Shown here: positions 49,431-61,000 of the stretch, piece after piece
Numbering within the stretch: the first letter of the stretch is position 1
Layout of the letters: each line of letters starts with the position of its first letter
NCBI GenBank assembly: GCA_051530055.1
Contig: CM121343.1
Coordinates: 404,389-468,388 of the forward strand
DNA from: Neoechinorhynchus agilis
Lineage: Eukaryota > Animalia > Acanthocephala
Direction: 5' to 3'
Length of the DNA: 64,000 bases
The notes under the pieces: model-generated
Seen by the model: the letters and a program-made list of their open reading frames with translations, nothing else
Database searches by the model: none
What the model was told of the DNA's origin: nothing
Position numbers and translations under genes: made by a program

Positions 49431-50437
49431 AGTTAAACAAGTATGCAATAATATCAAGGTTGTTCATCCGAAACTTCTCAAATAAATTGATTTTTATGAT
49501 TAAACATTGAAATCAGAAATTTTGCCTTCAACGATTCTGTAAACATTATGAAAAATTACCATCAAAATTCCGTGAAGATTTCCTTACCGCTTCAGCGTTG
49601 GGACTGGTTTGGCGTAAATTAGTTTATTATCGTTGCCTTAATCCTTTTTTGTAAGTTTTCTTGCGACTAAAAAGTCTTATTCTGGATATCACTTGAATCA
49701 CGCGGTATGGAGGCATTTGGGACGTCCACCGTCCTCTCACCGAAATTGATTGTGTACTAAAGGATCTTAGAATCAGGATACCTTTTGGACTTTTAAACAC
49801 AGATAAAAAAGACGCAGTTAAACCGCCACAATTACCATTGTGTGTGCGGAAATGGATAAATAAAATTATCAAACAGCAGAAGGTTCTTGCCGAAAAATAT
49901 TAATCATGCAAAGTGGAGTGGTCGCCACGACTTTAACTGCTAAGAGAAAGGGAATTTATTGATTCCGATAGTAAGTTTGTTTGTACTTGATAAAACTTTC
50001 GGAATCAATAAATTCTTTTAATTTTTAACCGGCATATAAAAAACATAGATGGAGAATAAATTATATATCAAAGAATGAAATATTTCGTTCAATCACACTG
50101 GAAGTCTTCAGTCATGTATCAAAAAAGGACTTCGGCGACCTCATTGTCCTATCAGGAGGTATCCTCAACTAGTACAGATCGTTCCGAACGAGAGTATTTT
50201 TTTGGGATATATTTGTCAAACTCGAACGACGAAGAAATTTTCTGTGGAAGAGATTGTTTACAAATGATCACAATGGCAATTAGTGAGAAAAACTGGAGAT
50301 TTTATAGAGTACGGCCACATACACGATGAGATTGTGCCGCTAATCAAACTATACAAAGTTCTATTATTATCACATTAAGATCTGCCAAGGAACATCTCTA
50401 TTTCGGCCCATTAAACTTTTGACTTGTAGTTGATCAA

Positions 50438-51197
50438 TCATAGCGGAGGAGGGCTTCGTTGCATGTGATTTACGATGATATTGAAGAGTCTCTTACGACC
50501 TTGTTCGAGAACATCACCTTGTACAATATCAGCGATTTTATCGTCCATGAAATGAAGCACCCATTGTTCGTCGTGGCTTTGGTTGCCAATTTTGCATTTG
50601 AATCGCTTGTATTCGTCGCAAATAGCCTTAGTGACAAGAATAACAAATATGCCGCAATCAGAGGTGTTTTTCTGCTGAGGACATTGCTGGACTTTGAGTT
50701 CTAATCTACTACCATATAATGCTTTACGAAGCCGTTTAAGAAACTCCTCGGCGTATTCGTAATTAACTCCTTCGAGAGAGTCGTAAGAATGAAGTGTACA
50801 TTCGTGAGTATCAAGGACAAGAAGACTCCAATGGCTTCCACCAGAACCATTATTATTGTCGTGATTGTTTACAAACAACGAACCTCCGTGAACTCACCCA
50901 CAACAAGGAGACTTGTTGTTATAACGCAAAAAACACAAACCTCTTATTTTGTTCATGCAACTTCATTGTGGTCAGGATTTCTCTTAGATCTTCTACAGGA
51001 CACAATTTTAACAATTGAACAACCGACGGTACAATAAACTCGAAATCTTCCTTAAAATCGCGATATGTTTCATTTTCGAAAAAAGTGTACGCGAACGAGA
51101 TGATGTTATCGGTCAACCAACCAGACTCATTCTGAAGCGACTCAAGATCTGACCCCGTAAGCGTTACGCCATTGTAATGAAGCACCGGCCGATCCAT
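50438..51197 (-). CDS. SENP8: Sentrin-specific protease 8 / NEDD8-specific protease (C48 family)
   Basis: WLTDNIISFA, GGSHWSLL, YDS, QQKNTSDCGIFV (His/Asp/Cys triad). The two ORFs are joined across an unresolved junction at about 50885-50942. Confidence 0.88.
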
Positions 51198-51559
51198 CTA
51201 TGAATTAGGATATATATTAAACTCAATACGTTTTAGAAGACTACGATGTCAAGATTGATACTCGAACTTAGATTTAAAAAAACACTGGAATTTAAAACCT
51301 TTTTTTCACAACTTCGTCAGCCAAATATCAACAACCAACCTCACTGAACTCCATCAGATCAAAGATATTTTGTAAGTTGCAATACACATCCAATAAATTT
51401 ACGGAAAGACCACCTCAATGCGCCGTATTGCTAACCTACTACGTTCCTTCGCATGTGATTCTTCCCGATTCATTTCGTATAATGCACTTTGGCGGCGTCG
51501 AATAAAATTAGTTATTGTTAACTGTACACTGGCGCTTTTGAATCGACTTTGAAATAGGC

Positions 51560-54500
51560 CTTTGAACACTGGTCAAAATGGTAATCAAAAGTTTAGTTTG
51601 GGATATTGAACACAGGTGAGTGTAGTGGTCAAGTGCTCGGCTCAGGGTTTTTGGTGGTCAAAAGTTTGGTTCGAACTTTTGAACACAGGTGAGAATGTCA
51701 GTCAAAATTTTGTTCGAACTTTTGAACACAGGTGAGTATAGTGGTCAAGTGCTTGGATCGAGGTTTTAGCAGCCAAAAGTTTGTTCGAACTTTTGAACAC
51801 AAGTTAAGATGGAAATCAAAAGTTTGGTTTGGGCTTTTGAACACTGGTCAAAATGGTAGTCAAAAGTTTAGTTCGGGATATTGAACACAGGTGAGTGTAG
51901 TGGTCAAGTGCTCGGCTCACGGTTTTAGTGGTCAAAAGTTTGTTCGAACTTTTGAACACAAGTTAAGATGGCAATCAAAAGTTTTTGGCTTTTGAACACT
52001 GGTCAAAATGGTAGTCAAAGTTTAGTTCGGGATATTGAACACAGGTGAGTGTAGTGGTCAAGTGCTCGGCTCAGTTTGTGTCAAAAGTTTGGTTCGAACT
52101 TTTGAACACAGGTGAGAATGTCAGTCAAAATTTTGTTCGAACTTTTGAACACAGGTGAGTATAGTGGTCAAGTGCTTGGATCGAGGTTTTAGCAGCCAAA
52201 AGTTTGTTCGAACTTTTGAACACAAGTTAAGATGGAAATCAAAAGTTTGGTTTGGGCTTTTGAACACTGGTCAAAATGGTAGTCAAAAGTTTAGTTCGGG
52301 ATATTGAACACAGGTGAGTGTAGTGGTCAAGTGCTCGGCTCAGGGTTTTAGTGGTCAAAAGTTTGGTTCGAACTTTTGAACACAGGTGATAATGGCAATC
52401 AAAATTTTGTTCGAACTTTTGAACACAGGTGAGTATAGTGGTCAAATGCTTGGATCCAGGTTTTAGTAGTCAAAAGTTTTGTTCGAACTTTTGAACACAG
52501 GTGAGTATAGTGGTCAAGTGCTTGGATCGAGGTTTTAGCAGCCAAAAGTTTGTTCGAACTTTTGAACACAAGTTAAGATGGAAATCAAAAGTTTGGTTTG
52601 GGCTTTTGAACACTGGTCAAAATGGTAGTCAAAAGTTTAGTTCGGGATATTGAACACAGGTGAGTGTAGTGGTCAACTGCTCGGCTCACGGTTTTAGTGG
52701 TCAAAAGTTTGGTTCGAACTTTTGAACACAAGTTAAGATGGCAATCAAAAGTTTGGTTTGGGCTTTTGAACACTGGTCAAAATGGTAGTCAAAAGTTTAG
52801 TTCGGGATATTGAACACAGGTGAGTGTAGTGGTCAAGTGCTCGGCTCAGGGTTTTAGTGGTCAAAAGTTTGGTTCGAACTTTTGAACACAGTGAAATGTC
52901 AGTCAAAATTTTGTTCGAACTTTTGAACACAGGTATAGTGGTCAAGTGCTTGGATCGAGGTTTTAGCAGCCAAAAGTTTGTTCGAACTTTTGAACACAAG
53001 TTAAGATGGAAATCAAAAGTTTGGTTTGGGCTTTTGAACACTGGTCAAAATGGTAGTCAAAAGTTTAGTTCGGGATATTGAACACAGGTGAGTGTAGTGG
53101 TCAAGTGCTCGGCTCAGGGTTTTAGTGGTCAAAAGTTTGAACAACACAAAAACAAAAGTTCGAACAACACTTGAACACAGGTGAGTATATGGTCAATGCT
53201 GGATCAGGTTTAGAGCAAAAGTTTGGTTCGAACTTTTGAACACAAGTTAAGATGGCAATCAAAAGTTTGGTTTAGGCTTTTGAACACTGGTCAAAATGGT
53301 AGTCAAAAGTTTAGTTCGGGATATTGAACACAGGTGAGTGTAGTGGTCAAGTGCTCGGCTCAGGGTTTTAGTGGTCAAAAGTTTGGTTCGAACTTTTGAA
53401 CACAGGTGATAATGGCAGTCAAAATTTTGTTCGAACTTTTGAACACAGGTGAGTATAGTGGTCAAGTGCTTGGATCGAGTTTTAGCAGCCAAAAGTTTGT
53501 TCGAACTTTGAACACAAATAACAAATTTGGTTTGGGCTTTTGAACACGTCAAAATGGTAGTCAAAAGTTTAGTTCGGGATATTGAACACAGGTGAGTGTA
53601 GTGGTCAAGTGCTCGGCTCAGGGTTTTAGTGGTCAAAAGTTTCGTTCGAACTTTTGAACACAGGTGAGTATAGTGGTCAAATGCTTGGATCCAGGTTTTA
53701 GTAGTCAAAAGTTTTGTTCGAACTTTTGAACACAGGTGAGTATAGTGGTCAAGTGCTTGGATCGAGGGTTTAGTAGTCAAAAGTTTGGTTCGAACTTTTG
53801 AACACAAGTTAAGATGGCAATCAAAAGTTTGGTTTAGGCTTTTGAACACTGGTCAAAATGGTAGTCAAAAGTTTAGTTCGGGATATTGAACACAGGTGAG
53901 TGTAGTGGTCAAGTGCTCGGCTCAGGGTTTTAGTGGTCAAAAGTTTGGTTCGAACTTTTGAACACAGGTGATAATGGCAATCAAAATTTTGTTCGAACTT
54001 TTGAACACAGGTGAGTATAGTGGTCAAATGCTTGGATCCAGATTTTAGTGGTCAAAAGTTTTGTTCGAACTTTTGAACACTGGTGAGTATAGTGGTCAAG
54101 TGCTTGGATCGAGGTTTTAGCAGCCAAAAGTTTGGTTCGAACTTTTTAACACAAGTTAAGATGGCAATCAAAAGTTGGTTTATGCTTTTGAACACTGGTC
54201 AAAATGGTAGTCAAAAGTTTAGTTCGGGATATTGAACACAGGTGAGTGTAGTGGTCAAGTGCTCGGCTCAGGGTTTTAGTGGTCAAAAGTTTGGTTGGAA
54301 CTTTTGAACACAGGTGATAATGGCAATCAAAAGTTTGTTCGAACTTTTGAACACAGGTGAGTATAGTGGTCAAATGCTTGGATCCAGGTGTAGTCAAAAG
54401 TTTTGTTCGAACTTTTGAACACAGGTGAGTATAGTGGTCAAGTGCTTGGATCGAGGGTTTAGTAGTCAAAAGTTTGGTTCGAACTTTTGAACACAAGTTA

Positions 54501-56530
54501 AGATGGCAATCAAAAGTTTGGTTTAGGCTTTTGAACACTGGTCAAAATGGTAGTCAAAAGTTTAGTTTGGGATATTGAGCACAGGTGAGTGTAGTGGTCA
54601 AGTGCTCGGCTCAGGGTTCTAGTGGTCAAAAGTTTTGTTCGAACTTTTGAACACAGGTGATAATGGCAATCAAAATTTTGTTCGAACTTTTGAACACAGG
54701 TGAGTATAGTGGTCAAGTGCTTGGATCGAGGTTTTAGCAGCCAAAAGTTTGTTCGAACTTTTGAACACAAGTTAAGATGGCAATCAAAAGTTTGGTTTAG
54801 GCTTTTGAACACTGGTCAAAATGGTAGTCAAAAGTTTAGTTCGGGATATTGAACACAGGTGAGTGTAGTGGTCAAGTGCTCGGCTCACGGTTTTAGTGGT
54901 CAAAAGTTTGTTCGAACTTTTGAACACAGGTGAGAATGTCAGTCAAAATTTTGTTCGAACTTTTGAACACAGGTGAGTATAGTGGTCAAGTGCTTGGATC
55001 GAGGTTTTAGCAGCCAAAAGTTTGGTTCGAACTTTTGAACACAAGTTAAGATGGCAATCAAAAGTTTGGTTTGGGCTTTTGAACACTGGTCAAAATGGTA
55101 GTCAAAAGTTTAGTTCGGGATATTGAACACAGGTGAGTGTAGTGGTCAAGTGCTCGGCTCAGGGTTTTAGTGGTCAAAAGTTTGGTTCGAACTTTTGAAC
55201 ACAGGTGAGAATGTCAGTCAAAATTTTGTTCGAACTTTTGAACACAGGTGAGTATAGTGGTCAAGTGCTTGGATCGAGGTTTTAGCAGCCAAAGTTTGTT
55301 CGAACTTTTGAACACAAGTTAAGATGGAAATCAAAAGTTTGGTTGGGCTTTTGAACACTGGTCAAAATGGTAGTCAAAAGTTTAGTTCGGGATATTGAAC
55401 ACAGGTGAGTGTAGTGGTCAAGTGCTCGGCTCAGGGTTTTAGTGGTCAAAAGTTTCGTTCGAACTTTTGAACACAGGTGATAATGGCAATCAAAAGTTTG
55501 TTCGAACTTTTGAACACAGGTGAGTATAGTGGTCAAATGCTTGGATCCAGGTTTTAGTAGTCAAAAGTTTTGTTCGAACTTTTGAACACAGGTGAGTATA
55601 GTGGTCAAGTGCTTGGATCGAGGGTTTAGTAGTCAAAAGTTTGGTTCGAACTTTTGAACACAAGTTAAGATGGCAATCAAAAGTTTGGTTTAGGCTTTTG
55701 AACACTGGTCAAAATGGTAGTCAAAAGTTTAGTTCGGGATATTGAACACAGGTGAGTGTAGTGGTCAAGTGCTCGGCTCAGGGTTTTAGTGGTCAAAAGT
55801 TTGGTTGGAACTTTTGAACACAGGTGATAATGGCAATCAAAAGTTTGTTCGAACTTTTGAACACAGGTGAGTATAGTTGTCAAGTGCTTGGATCGAGGTT
55901 TTAGCAGCCAAAAGTTTGGTTCGAACTTTTGAACACAAGTTAAGATGGCAATCAAAAGTTTGGTTTAGGCTTTTGAACACTTGTCAAAATGGTAGTCAAA
56001 AGTTTAGTTTGGGATATTGAGCACTGGTGAGTGTAGTAGTCAAGTGCTCGGCTCAGGGTTCTAGTGGTCAAAAGTTTTGTTCGAACTTTTGAACACAGGT
56101 GATAATGGCAATCAAAATTTTGTTCGAACTTTTGAACACAGGTGAGTATAGTGGTCAAGTTCTTGGATCGAGGGTTTAGTAGTCAAAAGTTTGGTTCGAA
56201 CTTTTGAACACAGGTGAGTATTGTGGTCAAGTTCTTGGATCGAGGGTTTAGTAGTCAAAAGTTTGGTTCGGGCTATTGAACACAAGTTAAGGTGGCAATC
56301 AAAAGTTTGGTTTGAGCTTTTGAACACAGGTGAGAGTGGCAGTCAAATGCTTTGTTCGAACTTGTGAACACAAGTGAGAATGTCAGTCAAAAGTTTAGTT
56401 CGGGCTTTTGAACACAGGTGCGTATAGTGGTCAAGTGCTTTGCTGGAGATTTTAGTGGTCAAAAGTTTTGTTTGGTCTTTTAAACACAATTCAAAATGGC
56501 AGTCAAAAGCTTGGTTCGAACTTTTGAAGA
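51560..56530. repeat. Higher-order minisatellite: ~90 subunits of 43-72 bp around a palindromic core, HOR ~274 bp with variants
   Basis: The core tcaaaagtt-tggttcg-aacttttga-acacaggtga recurs with five main intervening segment types. Confidence 0.95.
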
Positions 56531-56815
56531 TTTCTAACAAGCTTGTGGGCTTAAAAATAGATTATTAGAAAATTACCAGTCAGAATTATGTTCTTTATCC
56601 ATTTTATAGTGGTAACATTTTTTCAGTTATTTGATATTAAAAAAGTTTTTATTCTCCTCGGCTTCGACAATTGATTTTATTGTACGTTGGCGAATCCTGT
56701 CCACGGTGTTATCGATACTCATTTATTAATTGCGAAATATTTCACAAGGTTTTCCTTGCCTCTTCAGTCGCTATCTAAAAAGGAGACGATATAAACAGCA
56801 TGCAATTCAAGTCAT

Positions 56816-56888
56816 GTCTGGATGTAGCTCAGATCCGCGGGTTTGTTAATACCCGAAGTGTGGGTGGTTCGATCCGCACACACCTCCT
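56816..56888 (+). other. Degenerate tRNA-like sequence (Asn-GTT-like anticodon arm), probable SINE head or pseudogene
   Basis: gtagctcag (A box), gggt-ttGTTaat-accc arm, ggtggttcgatcc (B box). The acceptor stem is poor. Confidence 0.45.
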
Positions 56889-56949
56889 GCGGTTTGTTGC
56901 CGACTAATTGGTTCGTTATACTGCGCAACTTTGGCAGCACCAGAGTGTG

Positions 56950-57545
56950 GTTTGATTTGTTACATTCCATCGTCTGATTGCCCCGGATGTGAATGGGCTC
57001 AAGAATCAGTATTTTCTTAGATCAGGTTCGCTGGATAAGAATGCTGTTTTTCCAAAATCCACCTTGTGCTGCGTTGTTTGCTGGTAGTTCGAGACTGCTG
57101 AGGGTTTGTCGAAAGTCCTACAAGCAAGCCTGTTTATGCTGCGAGATCCCTTTCTTGATTCCTTGCATAGTTTGTCAAATGTAGACCTTTGAGCATTCTG
57201 CACATGGAATTTTGTAGATCCCTGATTTAATCTCTTGATTGTTTTTCCTCTTGAGAATACTTGCAATGGATGCGCCCGTTTGTTGTAAATCAAAAGATAT
57301 TGAGCGAGGTACTTGAGGCGCCTCAGTTTTCTGGTCGCAGTGTCACTTATGTGGTGAAAGCCGGTGTATTTGAGGGAGTTGCTTGTGGTATCCTTCTTGC
57401 GATAGTCGCTAGGTGTTGCTTTTTTGAAGCCGATTTTGATGGCCCATTCAGGGAAGCCTCGTGATCAGAGAACTTTGGTGATACTTTGTTTTTCTTCTTC
57501 CCAATACCTGCTAGCTGAAGAAATCATCCTGGCGAATTTTTCTTC
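56950..57545 (-). mobile_element. Penelope-like element 3' fragment (RT thumb to GIY-YIG endonuclease tail)
   Basis: Minus frame ARMISSASRYWEEEKQSITKVL*SRGFPEWAIK and SAVSNYQQTTQHKVDFGKTAFLSSE resemble the PLE 'NGYP' and 'SAVAEH...GH.IDF' motifs. Confidence 0.7.
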
Positions 57546-57556
57546 GGAAACAATCA

Positions 57557-57590
57557 CTGAAGAAGATCCGAGATAGTGGATCGAAATATC
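57557..57590 (+). ncRNA. Minimal hammerhead-ribozyme-like core (stem I not evident)
   Basis: CTGAAGA-A-GATCC-gagatagt-GGATC-GAAA-TATC, directly abutting the Penelope-like fragment. Confidence 0.4.
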
Positions 57591-58091
57591 CAATAAAATC
57601 TTAATTTCATTTATTTTCTCCTATCGACAAAAAATCAAATTCACCCCGAAGACAATGATATATGACGGAATAGATTTTATGTTTACGCGGAGTTGATTTT
57701 CTCTTCGAAATTTTTCTTTATTTATATGAGTAATTTTATAAAAATTGTTTCCGATGGAATTATTTTTACCTTGAATTCGGGCCTCTAGAAAATAATCAAT
57801 TGATCACAAATTTAGCAAACCTTTAAAAAATTACTCATACAACATTTTCAATATTCGGACCAAAAGTACCCAAATGTAACAACTCGTCTCGAACGGGAGT
57901 AGTAGTCCATTCCGTGTTCGTTAAACCCGTTTCTAGCAATGTCCGCAATATTACCCGCTTCGCTATTTTCTACTAAGGCCCTAATATACAGTAGCGTAAA
58001 TTTGAATATGTAATTTTTTATGAGATTAGTAAGGGTTCGTTGTGGTAGCTCTTCCCATCGACATATCGATTTTAAATTCGAATCAGATCAT

Positions 58092-61000
58092 AAGAAATGG
58101 GGTCAACAAAGTAACGACAAAGGAACATGTAATGATTGTAAATGTATATGAACACTTGATCAACATACCACTCAAAAAATCGAATCACTTATTAAATGCC
58201 TTCCACAGGTGAAATTAAGGAACTATTGTTGATAAGGTTAGGACTAACCGAAATCAGTAAATTATTTCAGTAATTTATAGACGGGATCCCGCCTCCTGGA
58301 GGTATCTGAGAATCTGGAGGGATGTACAAGCTTATAACTGTACGTTTATCTGCAATGAGCGCAAACCATTATTTCCCTGACCGAAATTGGTGAGCTGTGT
58401 GCCTATAATTCAGTTGCGTATTGTTAAAATCTCATCTTGCACCACTCGTTAGAAACTATCAAATAATTCAGTAGCTCAAAACATTAATAGCCAACGATTT
58501 GGATAAAATTGAAAATTTATGCTTTATGAAGACAACATAATTTTCTATTTCCATTGACGTAATTCTACCAAAAAACATTTTTAAATATTAAATGAACTAA
58601 GAGGGTTTTTATCAATGTCCACAATATGGCTTGCTTCGCTATTTTCTACTAAGGCTGTATACAGTAGCCTAAATTTGAATATGTAATTTTTTATGAGATT
58701 AGTAAGGATTCGTTGTAGTGACTCTTCCCATCGGCATATCGATTTTGAATTCGAATCAGGTCATCTATTCTCATTAAAACTTGGAACTATTTTGGCAGGG
58801 ATTGAAGGTGTCGTGCAGCGATTGGTTGTATTACTACCTTTCGGCTTACACTACCAAAGTCTTGTAAGCTTTGTGTTCATTTACATAATGTCACAACCAA
58901 TGTGCACATATTCTATCCCAAAAACATAATTGTTTGTATTCCTTGATTCTTGTAAAATAAGATGCAAATATTTATCATTTCCGGTGAAAACTTAGACGAT
59001 ATGGAACGGGTCTTCCCATGCCTTATGTACATTTTTATTCTTCAATGTTAATCTAACAGAAAATGTGGTTCTTAGGAGTTCTTTGGAATTTGCAGATGTG
59101 CATTGAAGTGCAGCTTTTTCTGGGTTTTTTTGTGTGCCCACCGCCGGAGAAAAATATAGAGAAAAACCCTTGTAGCTTCAGTTTTCAAGGCGTAAAGGAA
59201 AATTTCATTCCATGATAAAAACTAATATTTTAGCTCTATGTAGGATATATTTTAATCTCAATTTAAAGTCGCGATTATTTCATATAAATAGCTTATGGAG
59301 TGACATTCTAACGAATACCCTTACTAACAACTGCATCGACCTACTTAAGTGGCAAATCAACAGGAGTCAAGTAAATAATTTGGAAGCGTAATATCGAGGA
59401 ACTTTATACTACCTATCCACAATTTAATGGAAACCGACAGAGATTTTATCTGGGCGTGGCCCTTAAGCTTGCTCAGATCACAAGATGGAAATTGAACTAT
59501 TCACCACTCATACGGCGAGATCACTAATCGTGCTCAGGTATTATAACGCACGGATAAAATGGAAACGGCGGATTTGAAGTAAGGTTCCATCCTCTAGTTT
59601 AGGGTCCATCAAAATTCCATTTATTCAATTTTACATGGAAATTTGTTCCTAGAAATCTTCCGTTAATTCTATCAATTTTCGTTTAATTAATAGTATACAC
59701 TTAAAGAAGTTCAAGTTATCATTTGACCGACCTGGACAGTACCCTACTATAATCTTTTAGAGCATGTTTAAATTGTAGGCGAAAGGTTAAACATTGTTCC
59801 ACCGATGAACTAAGTAGGTGACGAAATTTTAATGCTTTGTGAACTTATGGTTACAACGGATAAATAAAATATCGACAGGATAAAAGGACACAATTTAAGT
59901 GACAATTATGTAGAAAACAGCTAAGGAAGCATCAAATTTCTTTTTCACGAAGCGTCAATATAATTCTAGAACTTAATAAGCTCGAAGTGGAGAAGTGATT
60001 AAGATCTGCGAGACATCAAATAATTGTGAGAATCGACCTGCTGAGCTTATTAGAATTCGGGGATATACTTTCCTTGTTTAGCTTTCCGTAATTTACAATT
60101 TTTAGGCTGGACGTGTTCAAATTTGTTGCAGTAGAAATGTTGCAATTTTCTTCAATTCTCGAGGTGTTATACTTTGCGTCCATTTTTCTTTACATTTCGC
60201 CTTATATTGTATGTATGTTTCGTGTAAACGTGTATAAGGTTGTTGATTTTGACATATCAATGGCGATTTATACTATTTGATATCTCGCAGATCTTAATCA
60301 CTTCTCCACTTCGAGCTTACTAAGTTCCAGAATTATATTGACGCTTCGTGAAAAAGAAATTTGATGCTTCCTTAGCTGTTTTCTACATAATTGTCACATA
60401 CCATTAATAAAACGAAAATTGATAGAATTAACGGAAGATTTCTAGGAACAAATTTCCATGTAAAATTGAATAAATGGAATTTTGATGGACCCTAAACTAG
60501 AGGATGGAACCTTACTTCAAATCCGCCGTTTCCATTTTATCCGTGCGTTATAATACCTGAGCACGATTAGTGATCTCGCCGTATGAGTGGTGAATAGTTC
60601 AATTTCCATCTTGTGATCTGAGCAAGCTTAAGGGCCACGCCCAGATAAAATCTCTGTCGGTTTCCATTAAATTGTGGATAGGTAGTATAAAGTTCCTCGA
60701 TATTACGCTTCCAAATTATTTACTTGACTCCTGTTGATTTGCCACTTAAGTAGGTCGATGCAGTTGTTAGTAAGGGTATTCGTTAGAATGTCACTCCATA
60801 AGCTATTTATATGAAATAATCGCGACTTTAAATTGAGATTAAAATATATCCTACATAGAGCTAAAATATTAGTTTTTATCATGGAATGAAATTTTCCTTT
60901 ACGCCTTGAAAACTGAAGCTACAAGGGTTTTTCTCTATATTTTTCTCCGGCGGTGGGCACACAAAAAAACCCAGAAAAAGCTGCACTTCAATGCACATCT

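Noticed and set aside
49440-50340. Additional small gene between the LIM gene and SENP8, including a GTATCCTC U12-like donor at about 50158
   Set aside because: No recognisable protein could be assembled on either strand, and the motif deviates from RTATCCTT.
27060-53230. Locally degenerate monomers (27090, 37800-37990, 44030, 44790, 53140-53220) as biological variants
   Set aside because: Clusters of 1-3 nt deletions look like long-read consensus errors. This also cautions against over-reading single frameshifts elsewhere.
51560-56530. CRISPR array
   Set aside because: The intervening segments repeat periodically, no cas genes are present, and the context is eukaryotic.
52239-56540. Cys/His-rich repeat protein (HLCSKVRTKLLTT ORFs)
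   Set aside because: The ORFs are a by-product of a stop-poor satellite strand. Frames shift between units and the spacing does not match a C2H2 finger.
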